The notes under the pieces are model-generated. The model searched no databases. It was not told where the DNA came from and saw only the letters and a list, made by a program, of their open reading frames with translations. A stretch of 64,000 bases of DNA from Malacoraja senta (Eukaryota). Shown here piece by piece: positions 1 to 11,800 of this stretch. Where the stretch lies: positions 1 through 64,000 of the forward strand of contig JAXLNO010000256.1 of the NCBI GenBank assembly GCA_038087875.1, in the 5' to 3' direction. Both the position numbers and the translations under genes were made by a program. How positions within the stretch are numbered: position 1 is the stretch's first letter; every line of letters begins with the position of its first letter.

Positions 1-808
1 CTCCCTTCTCCTCCTCTTCCCCTTCCCTCTCTCTCTCATCCCTTCACTCTCCCCTTCTCTTTCCTCCTTTAAGTGCCTCAAATTCTCTCATTCCCTCCCC
101 CCTCTCTCCTCCTCCCCCTCTCGTCCCTCTACCACCACATCCCTCCCTCTCTCACCTCCCTTTTCTCTTCCCTCCCTCCTCCTTTCCCTCTCCTCCACCT
201 CCCCCCTCTTTCCCTCGTCTTTCTCTCCCTCCTTCTCCTCTTCTCCTTCCCTCTCTCCCTCACACCCTCCCTCCCCTCCCTCATCCTTTCCTCTCCTCCA
301 CTCCCCATCCTTTCCCCCTCCATTGACCTGCCTCAAATTCTCCTTCCCTCCTTCCTTCCCTCTTTCTCACCCCTCCCTCTCCTCCACCCCCCCTTCCCTC
401 ACATCCTCCCCTCCCTCATCTTCCCCTCCCTCATCCCTCAAAATCCCCCCTCTCCCTTCCTCCCTCTCTCTCCCCTCCCTTTCCCCTTCCCCCTCTCCCT
501 CCCTCCCTCCTCCCCTCTCCCTCCCTCATCCTTTCCTCCCTCCCCCCTCCTCACATTCCCTCCTTCTCTCTCCCTCTCACCCTCCTCTCTCTCTCTCTCT
601 CCCTCTCACCCTCCTCTCTCTCCCTCCTCTCATCTCCTCCCTTCCTTCCCTCCATCTTCTCCTCTCCTCCCATCCCATTCCCTCTTTCCCTCCCTCCTTC
701 TCCTGACTGCCTCAAATTATATTTCCCTCATCCCTCCCTCCTTCCTTCACTCCCTCACACCTCCCCTCCTCCTCCTCCTCACCTCCCCCTCACATTCCCT
801 CCCTCCCT

Positions 809-850
<42 letters not shown>
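1..850. repeat. Polypyrimidine (C/T) low-complexity tract ending in (CT)n
   Basis: Almost only C/T on the + strand; the P/S/L-rich ORFs here are compositional artefacts. Confidence 0.95.
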
Positions 851-851
<1 letters not shown>

Positions 852-854
852 TCC

Positions 855-1240
855 GTTTCCCGGGGCAACGCTTTGGCGCCTTTTTTCCCGCCGCCGCCAC
901 TTCCGCCCGCTCGCCTCAGCTCGTTCCCCAGTGACGCGGTTCCACTTCCGCCCCCCTCCTAGCCCCGCCCCGCGCCTCCACTTCCGCCCCCCATCCCCAG
1001 TGAAGCGGCTCAACTTCCGCCCCCCTCACTAGCCACTAACTCAGCCCCGCGCCTCCACTTCCGCCCCCATCCCCAGTGACGTGCTTCCGCCCCCCCCTTC
1101 ACCAGTGACGCGGATCCACTTCCGCCCCCATCTCCCTAGCCCCCAACCCAGCCCCGCGCCTCCACTTCCGCCCCCATCACCAGTGACGCACTTCCGCCCC
1201 CATCCCTGCTCCTCCCCTACAGGAAACAAAATGGCCCTTC
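855..1240. promoter_or_regulatory. CpG-rich cluster of repeated CACTTCCGCCCC motifs (ETS + GC-box-like); promoter-like
   Basis: About 9 copies of (c)acttccgcccc between ~897 and ~1200, plus a YY1-like aaaatggc at ~1228; function inferred from motifs only. Confidence 0.35.
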
Positions 1241-1276
1241 AGCCCAAACCTTGCCCCTCCCCCCTGCTAGCCCACT

Positions 1277-1376
1277 GGTCTGAAGAAGGGTTTCGGCCCG
1301 AAACGTCACCTATTTCCTTCGCTCCACAGATGCTGCTGCTGCACCCGCTGAGTTTCTCCGGCACTTTTGTCTACCT
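1277..1376 (+). mobile_element. Penelope-type short repeat carrying a minimal hammerhead ribozyme core (1277-1310)
   Basis: ggt-CTGAAGA-a-GGGT(TTCG)GCCC-GAAA-CG-TC-acc: CUGANGA and GAAA boxes, stem II with UUCG loop, 3-bp stem I (ggt/acc). Confidence 0.6.
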
Positions 1377-1607
1377 GGGGTTATTCATTTCACTTGCACT
1401 TTCTGTGCAATGTGACAAATAAAAACCGCATTGTATTGTCTTGTATTGTCTTGGCCCCCATCGCAGATTCAGATTCAAGATTCAATCTTTAATCATCATT
1501 GTGCAGTGTACAAGTACACAGAGACAACGAAATACAGTTGGCATCTCACCCGGAAGAGGGAACATAGAATAAAGAACAGTCAAATATATATATATATGTG
1601 TATATGT

Positions 1608-1692
1608 ACCAACATCTACCACCAACATCTACCACCAACATCTACCACCAACATCTACCACCAACATCTACCACCAACATCTACCACCAACA
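1608..1692 (+). repeat. 13-bp tandem repeat (ACCAACATCTACC) x~6.5
   Basis: Read directly from the sequence. Confidence 0.9.
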
Positions 1693-1918
1693 TGGCCCCC
1701 TCCCCCCCGCTGGGGATGGGGGCGGAAGTGGAGGTGTAGAGTCACGCAGCCCGGAAACAGGCCCTTCGGCCCAACGTGCCCATCCCGCCCGACATGCTTA
1801 GCTTATTTTAGTTTAATTTACAAATAGAAACATAGCTGCAGGAGGAGGCCATTCGTCCCTCCGAGCCGGCACCGCCATTCGATGGAGTAGAGTATAGGAG
1901 CAATGCAATACAATACAA

Positions 1919-2014
1919 GGTAGACAAAAATGCTGGAGAAACTCAGCGGGTGCAGCAGCATCTATGGAGCGAAGGAAATAGGCGACGTTTCGGGCCGAAA
2001 CCCTTCTTCAGACT
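1919..2014 (-). mobile_element. Second Penelope-type short repeat with hammerhead core (1981-2014), inverted relative to the 1277 copy
   Basis: Reverse complement reads ctgaagaagggtttcggcccgaaacgtcgcctatttccttcgctccatagatgctgctgcacccgctgagtttctccagc. Confidence 0.6.
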
Positions 2015-2084
2015 GATCAATACAATACAATACGGTTTTATTCGTCACATTGCACAGAAAGTGCAAGTGAAATAAATTTGCCAG

Positions 2085-2540
2085 CAGGAGGTCCTTCTGC
2101 AGTTGTACAGGGCCCTGGTGAGACCACACCTGGAGTATTGTGTGCAGTTTTGGTCCCCTAATTTGAGGAAGAACATTCTTGCTATTGAGGGAGCCCAGCG
2201 TAGGTTCACCAGGTTAATTCCCGGGATGGCGGGACTGTCATATGCTGAGAGAATGGAGCAGCTGGGCTTGTACACGCTGGAGTTTAGAAGGATGAGAGGA
2301 TATCTCATTGAAACATATAGGATTGTTAAGGGTTTGGACACGCTGGAGGCAGGAAACATGTTCCCGATGTTGGGGGAGTCCAGAACCAGGGGCCACGCAT
2401 ACAGTTCAAGAATAAGGGGTCGGCCATTTAGAACGGAGATGAGGAAACACTTTTCCACCCGGAGGGTTGTGTGAATCTGTGGAATTCTCTGCCTCAGAGG
2501 GCGGTGAAGGCCGATTCTCTGGATGTTTTCAAGAGAGAGC
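2085..2540 (+). mobile_element. CR1 (HER1-like) LINE 3' ORF2 fragment
   Basis: [15 protein letters not shown]...RRMRG...SRTRGH, the C-terminal CR1 ORF2 motifs. Confidence 0.9.
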
Positions 2541-2585
2541 ATAAAGAACATAAAGAAAACTCTGCAAAGAATTACAATGGGTTAA

Positions 2586-2602
2586 TTTATTGTGAGTTTA
2601 TT
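2586..2602 (-). terminator. Two AATAAA polyadenylation signals of the caspase gene
   Basis: tttatt at 2586-2591 and 2597-2602 on +, about 120-135 nt downstream of the caspase stop codon. Confidence 0.6.
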
Positions 2603-2722
2603 ACAATGCATACAGATTTAAATCGTTCTACTCAAGGTGTGAGGTTGATGCGAAAAATCTTGCAGTTACTGAGAGATTTTGAAGGTTGACTTTGAAAGCT
2701 GATTGTGCTTTCACAAAGTATT

Positions 2723-2839
2723 TCATGGCTTGGGAACTTTAAGGTAGACCGACTTGGTCAGAGTGGACTCCATCACCAGGGTGGTCTTCATGGTCCCGCC
2801 TTCAGGATAAAAGTTCTTTTTTACCATTTCATGATTCAC
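2723..2839 (-). CDS. Caspase last coding exon (C-terminus of small subunit)
   Basis: Acceptor tttcag; VNHEMVKKNFYPEGGTMKTTLVMESTLTKSVYLKVPKP*, with the caspase STLTK-x-x-YL terminal motif. Confidence 0.88.
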   Translation of the reverse strand: MNHEMVKKNFYPEGGTMKTTLVMESTLTKSVYLKVPKP

Positions 2840-5800
2840 CTGAAATATCAATTCAGTCAGAAAAGCAGTCAGTATTAAACCCTGCACAAAAACACTGTAA
2901 AGTCATCGAGTGATGCAGTGTGGAAACAGGCCCTTTGGCCCAACTTGCCCACACCGGCCAACATGTCCCATCTACACTAGTCCCACCTGGCTGCGTGTGG
3001 CCCATATCCCTCCAAACCTGTCCTATCCATGTACCTGTCCAACTGGGATAGTCCCAGCCTCAACTACCTCCTCTGGCAGCTCGTTCCATACACCCACCAC
3101 CCTCTGTGTGGAAAAGTTACCCCTCAGATTCCTATTAAATCTTTTCCCCTTCCCCTTGAACCCGTGTCCTCTGGTCCTCGATTCCCCTACTCTAGGCACA
3201 GAGTCTCTTGCCCAGAGTAGGGGAATCTATATGATTTTATCCACCTCTATAAGATCAAACTTCATCCTCCTGCGCTCCAAGGAATAGAGACCCAGCCTAC
3301 TCAGCCTCTCCCTTTAGCTCACACCCTCTAGTCCTGGCAACATCCTCGTAAATCTTCTCTGCGCTCTTTCAAGCTTGACGTAGAGTTGCTGCCTCACGGC
3401 GCCGGAGACCCGGGTTCAATCCCGACCGTGGGTGCTGTCTGTACGGAGTTTGCACGTTCTCCCCGTGACCTGCGTGGGTTTTCTCCGAGATCTTCGGTTT
3501 CCTCCCACACTCCAAAGACGTGCGGGTTTGCAGGTTAATTGGCTGGGTGTAAATGTAAACATTGTCCCTGGTGGGTGTAGGATAGTGTTAGTGTGCGGGG
3601 ATCGCTGGTCGGCACGGACCCGGTGGGCCGAAGGGCCTGTTTCCGCGCTGTATCTCCAAACTAAATTACAGACCAGTTAGTCTAACATCGGTAGTGGGGA
3701 AACTGCTAGAGTCAGTTATTAAAGATGGGATAGCAGCACATTTGGAAAGTGGTGAAATCATTGGACAAAGTCAGCATGGATTTACGAAAGGTAAATCATG
3801 TCTGACGAATCTTATAGAATTTTTCGAGGATGTAACTAGTAGAGTGGATAGGGGAGAACCAGTGGATGTGTTGTATCTGGACTTTCAGAAGGCTTTCGAC
3901 AAGGTACCACATAAGAGATTAGGATACAAACTTAAATCACACGGTATTGGGGGTTCAGTATTGATGTGGATAGAGAACTGGCTGGCAGACAGGAAGCAAA
4001 GAGTAGGAGTAAACGGGTCCTTTTCACAATGGCAGGCAGTGATTAGTGGGGTACCGCAAGGCTCAGTGCTGGGACCCCAGCTATTTACAATTTATATTAA
4101 TGATCTGGACGAGGGAATTGAAAGCAATATCTCCAAGTTTGCGGATGACACTAAGCTGGGGGGCAGTGTTAGCTGTGAGGAGGATGCTAGGAGACTGCAA
4201 GGTGACTTGGATAGGCTGGGTGAGTGGGCAAATGTTTGGCAGATGCAGTATAATGTGGATAAATGTGAGGTTATCGACTTTGGTGGCAAAAACGGGAAGG
4301 CAGACTATTATCTAAATGGTGGCCGATTAGGAAATGGGGAGATGCAGCGAGACCTGGGTGTCATGGTACACCAGTCATTGAAAGTAGGCATGCAGGTGCA
4401 GCAGGCAGTGAAGAAAGTGAATGGTATGTTGGCCTTCATAGCAAGAGGATTTGAGTATAGGAGCAGGGAGGTTCTACTGCAGTTGTACAGGGTCTTGGTG
4501 AGACCACACCTGGAGTATTGCGTACAGTTTTGGTCTCCAAATCTGAGGAAGGACATTATAGCCACAGAGGGAGTGCAGAGAAGGTTCACCAGACTGATTC
4601 CTGGGATGTCAGGACTTTCATATGAAGAAAGCCTGGATAGACTTGGCTTATACTCGCTAGAATTTAGGAGATTGAGGGGGGAATCTTATAGAAACGTACA
4701 AAATTCTTATGGGGTTGGACAGGCTAGATGCAGGAAGATTGTTCCCGATGTTGGGGAAGTCCAGGACAAGGGGTCACAGTTTAAGGATAAGGGGGAAATC
4801 CTTTAAGACCGAGATGAGGAAAAACATTTTCACACAGAGAGTGGTGAATCTGTGGAACTCTCTGCCACAGAGGGTAGTTGAGGCCAGTTCATTGGCTATA
4901 TTTAAGAGGGAGTTAGATGTGGCCCTTGCGGCTAAAGGGATCAGGGGGTATGGAGAGAAGGCAGGGATGGGATACTGAGTTGGATGATCAGCCATGATCA
5001 TATTGAATGGCGGTGCAGGCTCGAAGGGCCGAATGGCCTACTCCTGCATCTATTTTCTATGTATCTCTGTATCTATGTAAACTAGTGTGTGAACGGGCGA
5101 TAAAAAGGGAATAGGTGAAGCAGGGAGAGAAATGCGAGAGTTTGGGGCCTGTTTCAAGATGGCCGACTTTTGCCTCCTGTTTCTGTGTTGTATCTCTGAA
5201 CTAAACTAAACTAGTGTGTGAACGGGCGATCGCTGGTCGGCTAGCACGGACCCGGTGGGCCGAAGGGCCTGTTTCCGCGCTGTATCTCTGAAGTAAAAAG
5301 GGAATAGTTGAAGCAGGGAGAGGAGTGCGAGAGTTTGGGGCCTGGTTCAAGATGGCCGGCTTTTGCCTCCTGTTTCCGCGCTGTATCTCTAAACTAAACT
5401 AGTGTGTGAACGGGCGATCGCTGGTCGGCTAGCACGGACTCGGTGGGCCGAAGGGCCTGTTTCCGCGCTGTATCTCTAAACTAAACTATACCCGCTGTTC
5501 CTTGTGACGGCCAGTTTAAACGTCATGCCTCACCTGCACAAACAAGTCGGAGAGGTGCTTCTTGTCCGCCAACTTCTCAAACACTTTCCCCATCTCCTGG
5601 ATCATGTGAGAGCCCTTATTTGGGTCCCGATATGCCACATAACCTGAAGAAGAATCAAAATCAACTTCAGGAAGCAAATCAATGCACACACATCGTAGAG
5701 TCACAGAGTGATACAGTGTGGAAACAGGCCCTTCCTTCAGCCCAACTTGCCCACACCGCCCAACATGCCCCATCTACACTAGTCACAGAGTGATACAGTG

Positions 5801-8800
5801 TGGAAACAGGCCCTTCCTTCAGCCCTTCAGCCCACACCGCCCAACATGCCCCATCTACACCAGTCACAGAGTGATACAGTGTGGAAACAGGCCCTTCCTT
5901 CAGCCCTTCAGCCCACACCGACCAACATGCCCCATCTACACTAGTCACAGAGTGATACAGTGTGGAAACAGGCCCTTCCTTCAGCCCAACTTGCCCACAC
6001 CGCCCAACATGCCCCATCTACACTAGTCACAGAGTGATACAGTGTGGAAACAGGCCCTTCCTTCAGCCCAACTTGCCCACACCGCCCAACATGCCCCATC
6101 TACACTAGTCCCAGAGTCACGGAAACAGGCCCTTCGGCCCAACTTGCCCACACCGCCCAACATGCCCCATCTACACTAGTCACAGAGTGATACAGTGTGG
6201 AAACAGGCCCTTCGGCCCAACTTGCCCACACCGCCCAACATGCCCCATCTTAACTAGTTATAGAGTGATACAGTGTGGAAACAGGCCCTTCAGCCCACCC
6301 CGACCAACATGCCCCATTTACACTAGTCACAGAGTGATACAGTGTGGAAACAGGCCCTTCCTTCAGCCCAACTTGCCCACACCGCCCAACATGCCCCATC
6401 TACACTAGTCCCACCTGCCTGCGCTTGGTCCATATCCCTACAAACCTGTCCTATCCATGTACCTGTCTATCTGTTTCTTAAACGTTGGGATAGTCCCAGC
6501 CTCAACTACCTCCTCCGGCAGCTCGTTCCATACACCCACCGCCCTCTGTGTGGGAAAAGTTACCCCTCAGATTCCCATTAAATCTTTTCCCCTTCACCTT
6601 GAACCCGTGTCCTCTGGTCCTCGATTCCTCTACTCTGGGCAAGAGACTCTGTGCGTCTATTCGATCGATTCCTCTCATGATTTTATACACCTATCTCCGG
6701 TGTCCTCCCACACTCCAAAAACGTGCAGGTTTGTAGGTTAATTAGCTTGGTTTCAGTGTAAATTGTCCATAGTGGGTCCTCTTGTTATAAAGGCCAACAT
6801 GCCATTGGCTTTCTTCACTGCCTGCTGTACCTGCATGCTTACTTTCATAGACTGATGAACAAGGACCCCCAGATCCCGTTGTAATTCCCCTTTTCCCAAC
6901 TTGACGCCATTTAGACAGCAATCTGCCTTCCTGTTAATCTGGTGAACCTACTCTGGGCTCCCTCAATAGCAAGATTGTCCTTCCTCACATTTGGAGACCA
7001 AAACTACACACAATACTCCAGGTGTGGTCTCACCAGGGCCCTGTACAACTGCAGGAGGACCTCTTTGCTCCTATACTCGACTCCTCTTGTTATGAAGGCC
7101 AACAGGCCAAAACTGCACACAATACTCCAGGTGTGGTCCTACCAGGGCCCTGTACAACTGCAGAAGGACCTCTTTGCTCCTATACTTGACACCTCTTGTT
7201 ATGAAAGCCAACAGGCCAAAACTGCACACAATACTCCAGGTGTGGTCTCACCAGGGCCCTGTACAACTGCAGAAGGACCTCTTTGCTCCTATACTCGACT
7301 GCTCTTGTTATGAAGGCCAACATGCCATTGGCTTTCTTCACTGCCTGCTGTACCTGCATGCTTACTTTCATAGACTGATGAACGAGGACACCCAGATCCC
7401 GTTGTAATTCCCCTTTTCCCAACTTGACGCCATTGTTCAGGGTGGGGTGAGGGGGGGGGTTAGAGTTTAAAGATTGGAGCGTGGTCGACGCGGGAGTAAG
7501 ACAATGACGGACCTGGTTGTGATGGGTAAACGATGAAGGTGTCTGAGACGGTGGGAAGTATTTCCAGCTCCATGCTACGCCATTGAAGGGGAACACCAGG
7601 ATCTTTCTTGTCTGAAAAACGAACAAAAAATGTTCAACGCCGACCCGTCACACACACACACACACACGAAGGCCCATCCCACCCCTCCACATTGGGGACC
7701 TGGTGTGGTGATTGTCGCACAGAGCCGTGGTGTGTAACAGTCTGAAGAAGGGTCTCGACCTGAAATTGTGTGCAGTTTTGGTCTCCAAATTTGAGGAAGG
7801 ACATCTTTGCTATTGAGGGAGCCCAGCGTAGGTTGACCAGGTTAATTCCCGGGATGGCGGGACTGTCCTTCTGCAGTTGTACAGGGCCCTGGTGAGACCA
7901 CACCTGGAGTATTGTGTGCAGTTTTGGCCTGTTGGCCTTCATAACAAGAGGAGTTGAGTATAGGAGCAAAGAGGTCCTTCTGCAGTTGTACAGGGCCCTG
8001 GTGAGACCACACCTGGGGTATTGTGTGCAGATTTGGTCTCCAAATTTGAGGAAGGACATCTTTGCTATTGAGGGAGCCCAGCGTAGGTTGACCAGGTTAA
8101 TTCCCGGGATGGCGGGACTGTCATATGCTGAGAGAATGGAACGGCTGGGCTTGTATACTCTGGAGTTTAGAAGGATGAGAGGGGATCTTATTGAAACATA
8201 TAAGATTATTAAGGGATTGGACACGCTAGAGGCAGGAAACATGTTCCCGATGTTGGGGGAGTCTGGGGTGTGCAGTCGTTTTGTTCCATTTGACAAATTA
8301 TTTCCCTTTAAAAATATGACTAAAAGATGTCATTTTTTGTGCATGCCTGTATGTTCCCGAAATGGAGCCAAAACGGTACACGATAGCGCTACAATTTTCA
8401 GGGTGCCTTACTCACCATTCACCCGGGGGGTGCAGTAGCAAATTTCGTTCCATTTGACAAAGTAATTCCCAAGTTCCCAAGTAATTGCCACAGTTTAAGA
8501 ATAAGGGGTAAGCCATTTAGAACGGAGATGAGGAAACACTTTTTCTCACAGAGAGTGGTGAGTCTGTGGAATTCTCTGCCTCAGAGGGCGGTGGAGGCCG
8601 GTTCTCTGGATGCTTTCAAGAGAGAGCTAGATAGGGCACTTAGAGATAGCGGAGTCAGGGGATATGGGGAGAAGGCAGGAACGGGGTACTGATTGGGGAT
8701 GAACAGCCATGATCACATTAAATCCATCGACTCTTTTAAGTCAAGACTAAAGACTTATCTCTACTCCCAAGCCTTTCCTGACGTCCTCTGAGCGAGGGCT

Positions 8801-11800
8801 ATATGTATATATGTATGTAGTTTGTTTGTTTATACTATTCTTATAACAAATGTAAAGCACTTTGGCCAACGAGAGTTGTTTTTTAAATGTGCTCGAGAAA
8901 TAAATGTGACTTGACTTGACTTGACTAAATGGCGGTGCTGGCTCGAAGGGCCGAATGGCCTCTACTCCTGCACCTATTGTCTATTGTCTACTGTTCTCCC
9001 CGTGACCTGCGTGGGTTTCCTCCGGGATCTCCGGTTTCCCCCCACCCTCCAAAGACGTGCGGGTTTGTAGGTCAATTGGCTCGGTGTAAATGTACAGTGG
9101 CTTGCAAAAGTATTCATACCCCTTGAACTTTTCCACATTTTGTCACGTTACAACCACAAACGTAAATGTATTTTATTGGGATTTTATGTGATAGACCAAC
9201 ACAAAGTGGAGCATAATTGTGAAGTGGAAGGAAAATGATACATGGTTTTCAAATTTTTTTACAAATAAAAAACGGAAAAGTGTGGCGTGCAAAAGTATTC
9301 AGCCCCCCTTTACTCTGATACCCCTAAATAAAATCCAGTGCAACCAATTGCCTTCAGAAGTCACCTAATTAGTAAATAGAGTCCACTTGTGTGTAATCTA
9401 ATCTCAGTATAAATACAGCTGTTCTGCGAAGGCCTCAGAGGTTTGTTAGAGAACATTAGTGAACAAACAGCATCATGAAGCCCAAGGAACACACCAGACA
9501 GGTCAGGGATAAAGTTGTGGAGAAGTTTAAAGCAGGGTTAGGTTATAAAAAATATCCCAAGCTTTGAACATCTCACGGAGCACTGTTCAATCCATCATCC
9601 GAAAATGGAAAGAGTATGGCACAACTGCAAACCTACCATGACATGGCCGTCCACCTATACTGACAGGCTGGGCAAGGAGAGCATTGATCAGAGAAGCAGC
9701 CAAGAGGCCCATGGTAACTCTGGAGGAGCTGCAGAGATCCACTGCTCAGGTGGGAGAATCTGTCCACAGGACAACTATTAGTCGTGCACTCCACAAATCG
9801 GGCCTTTATGGAAGAGTGGCAAGAAGAAAGCCATTGTTGAAAAAAAGCCATAAGAAGTCCCGTTTGCAGTTTGCCACAAGCCATGTGGGGGACACAGCAA
9901 ACATGTGGAGGAAGGTGCTCTGGTCAGATGAGACCAAAATTGAAGTTTTTGGCCTAAATGCAAAACGCTATGTGTGGCGGAAACCTAACACTGCACATCA
10001 CCCTGAACACACCATCCCCACTCTGAAACATGGTGGTGGCAGCATCATGCTGCGGGGATGCTTTTCTTCAGCAGGGACAGGGAAGCTGGTCAGAGTTGAT
10101 GGGAAGATGGATGGAGCCAAATACAGGGCAATCTTGGAAGAAAACCTGTTAGAGTCTGCAAAAGACTTGAGACTGGGGCGGAGGTTCACCTTCCAGCAGG
10201 ACAACGACCCTAAACATACAGCCAGAGCTACAATGGAATGGTTTAGATCAAAGCATATTCATATGTTAGAATTGACCAGTCAAAGTCCAGACCTAAATCC
10301 AATTGAGAATATCTGGCAAGACTTGACAATTGCTGTTCACAGAAGCTCTCCATCCAATCTGACTGAGCTTGAGCTATTTTGCAAAGAAGAATGGGCAAAA
10401 ATTTCAGTCTCTAGATGTGCAAAGCTGGTAGAGACATACCCCAAAAGACTTGCAGCTGTAATTGCAGTGAAAGGTGGTTCTACAAAGTATTGACTCAGGG
10501 GGGCTGAATACTTTTGCACGCCACACTTTTTAGTTTTTTATTTGTAAAAAAATTTGAAAACCATGTATCATTTTCCTTCCACTTCACAATTATGCACCAC
10601 TTTGTGTTGGTCTATCACATAAAATCCCAATAAAAAACATTTACGTTTGTGGTTGTAACGTGACAAAATGTGGAAAAGTTCAAGGGGTATGAAAACTTTT
10701 GCAAGCCACTGTATAAATTGTCCCCAGTGTGTGTGTAGGATGGTGTTAGTGTGCGGGGAGAGCTGGTCGGCGCGGACTGTCCCACCTCACCTCCACGACA
10801 GGCCTGGATGATGAAGACTTTGGGCTTGGTCTGCAGATCGACGCACTCTTCATTATTGAACGTCTCAAAGACGTCTTCCAGATCAACGACTGCGTTATCA
10901 GATCCGCGAATCTTTCCCTCTTCCCCGTGAGCGAGGATGAAGACAAAGGAGCAACAGACTTCAGGATTCATCTCGTCCCGATACTTCTCCAGAAACTCCA
11001 GGATTTCCTGACAAGACAGTGTGAGGGGGAAGGCACGTCAATAATATAAAAGATTAGTTTTGAGATACAGCGCGGAAACAGGCCCTTCGGCCCAACTTGC
11101 CCACACTGGCCAACATGCCCCATCTACACTAGTCATAGAGTGATATAATTTGGAGACAGGCCCTTCGGCCCAACTTGCCCACACTGGCCAACATGCCCCA
11201 TCTACACTAGTCACAGAGTGATACATTGTGGAAACAGGCCCTTCCTTCGGCCCAACTTGCCCACACCGGCCAACATGCCCCATCTACACAAGTCATAGAG
11301 TGATACAGTGTGGAAACAGGCCCTTCGGCCCAACTTGCCCACACAGGCCAACATGCCCCATCTACTCTAGTCCTGCATGAAACAGCCCTTCAGCCAACTA
11401 CCTTATGGGTGATACAGTGTGGAAACAGTCCTTCAGCCAACTTGCCCACACCGCCTTCCTCACCTAGTCCACCTGCCCTGCGTGGTCCATATCCCCGACG
11501 TCCCTCATGTGATGATCTTATAGAGATGTACAAAATCATGAGGGGAAGTAGATCGGGTAGACGCACAGAGTCTCTTGCCCAGACTCTGGGCAAGAGACTC
11601 TGTGCGTCTACCCGATCTATTCCCCTCATGATTTTGTACATCTCTATAAGATCCATCACACTGAGGGACGTGGGGATATGGACCAAACGCAGGCAGGTGG
11701 GACTAGTGTAGATGGGACATGTTGGGCGGTGTGGGCAAGTTGGGCTGAAGGACCTGTTTCCACACTGTATCACTCTGTGACTAGTGTAGATGGGGCATGT

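Noticed and set aside
73..1032. 319-aa Pro/Ser/Leu-rich ORF, and similar ORFs at 33923, 35159, 40464, 42540
   Set aside because: Low-complexity or microsatellite translations.
3380..3450. tRNA gene (B-box ggttcaatccc)
   Set aside because: It is the tRNA-derived head of a V-SINE, with no full cloverleaf.
10615..10971. ORF-track caspase ORF extending to ...YWDFM
   Set aside because: Everything after QACRG is intron, SINE and Tc1 TIR read-through; the true exon is 10791-11007.
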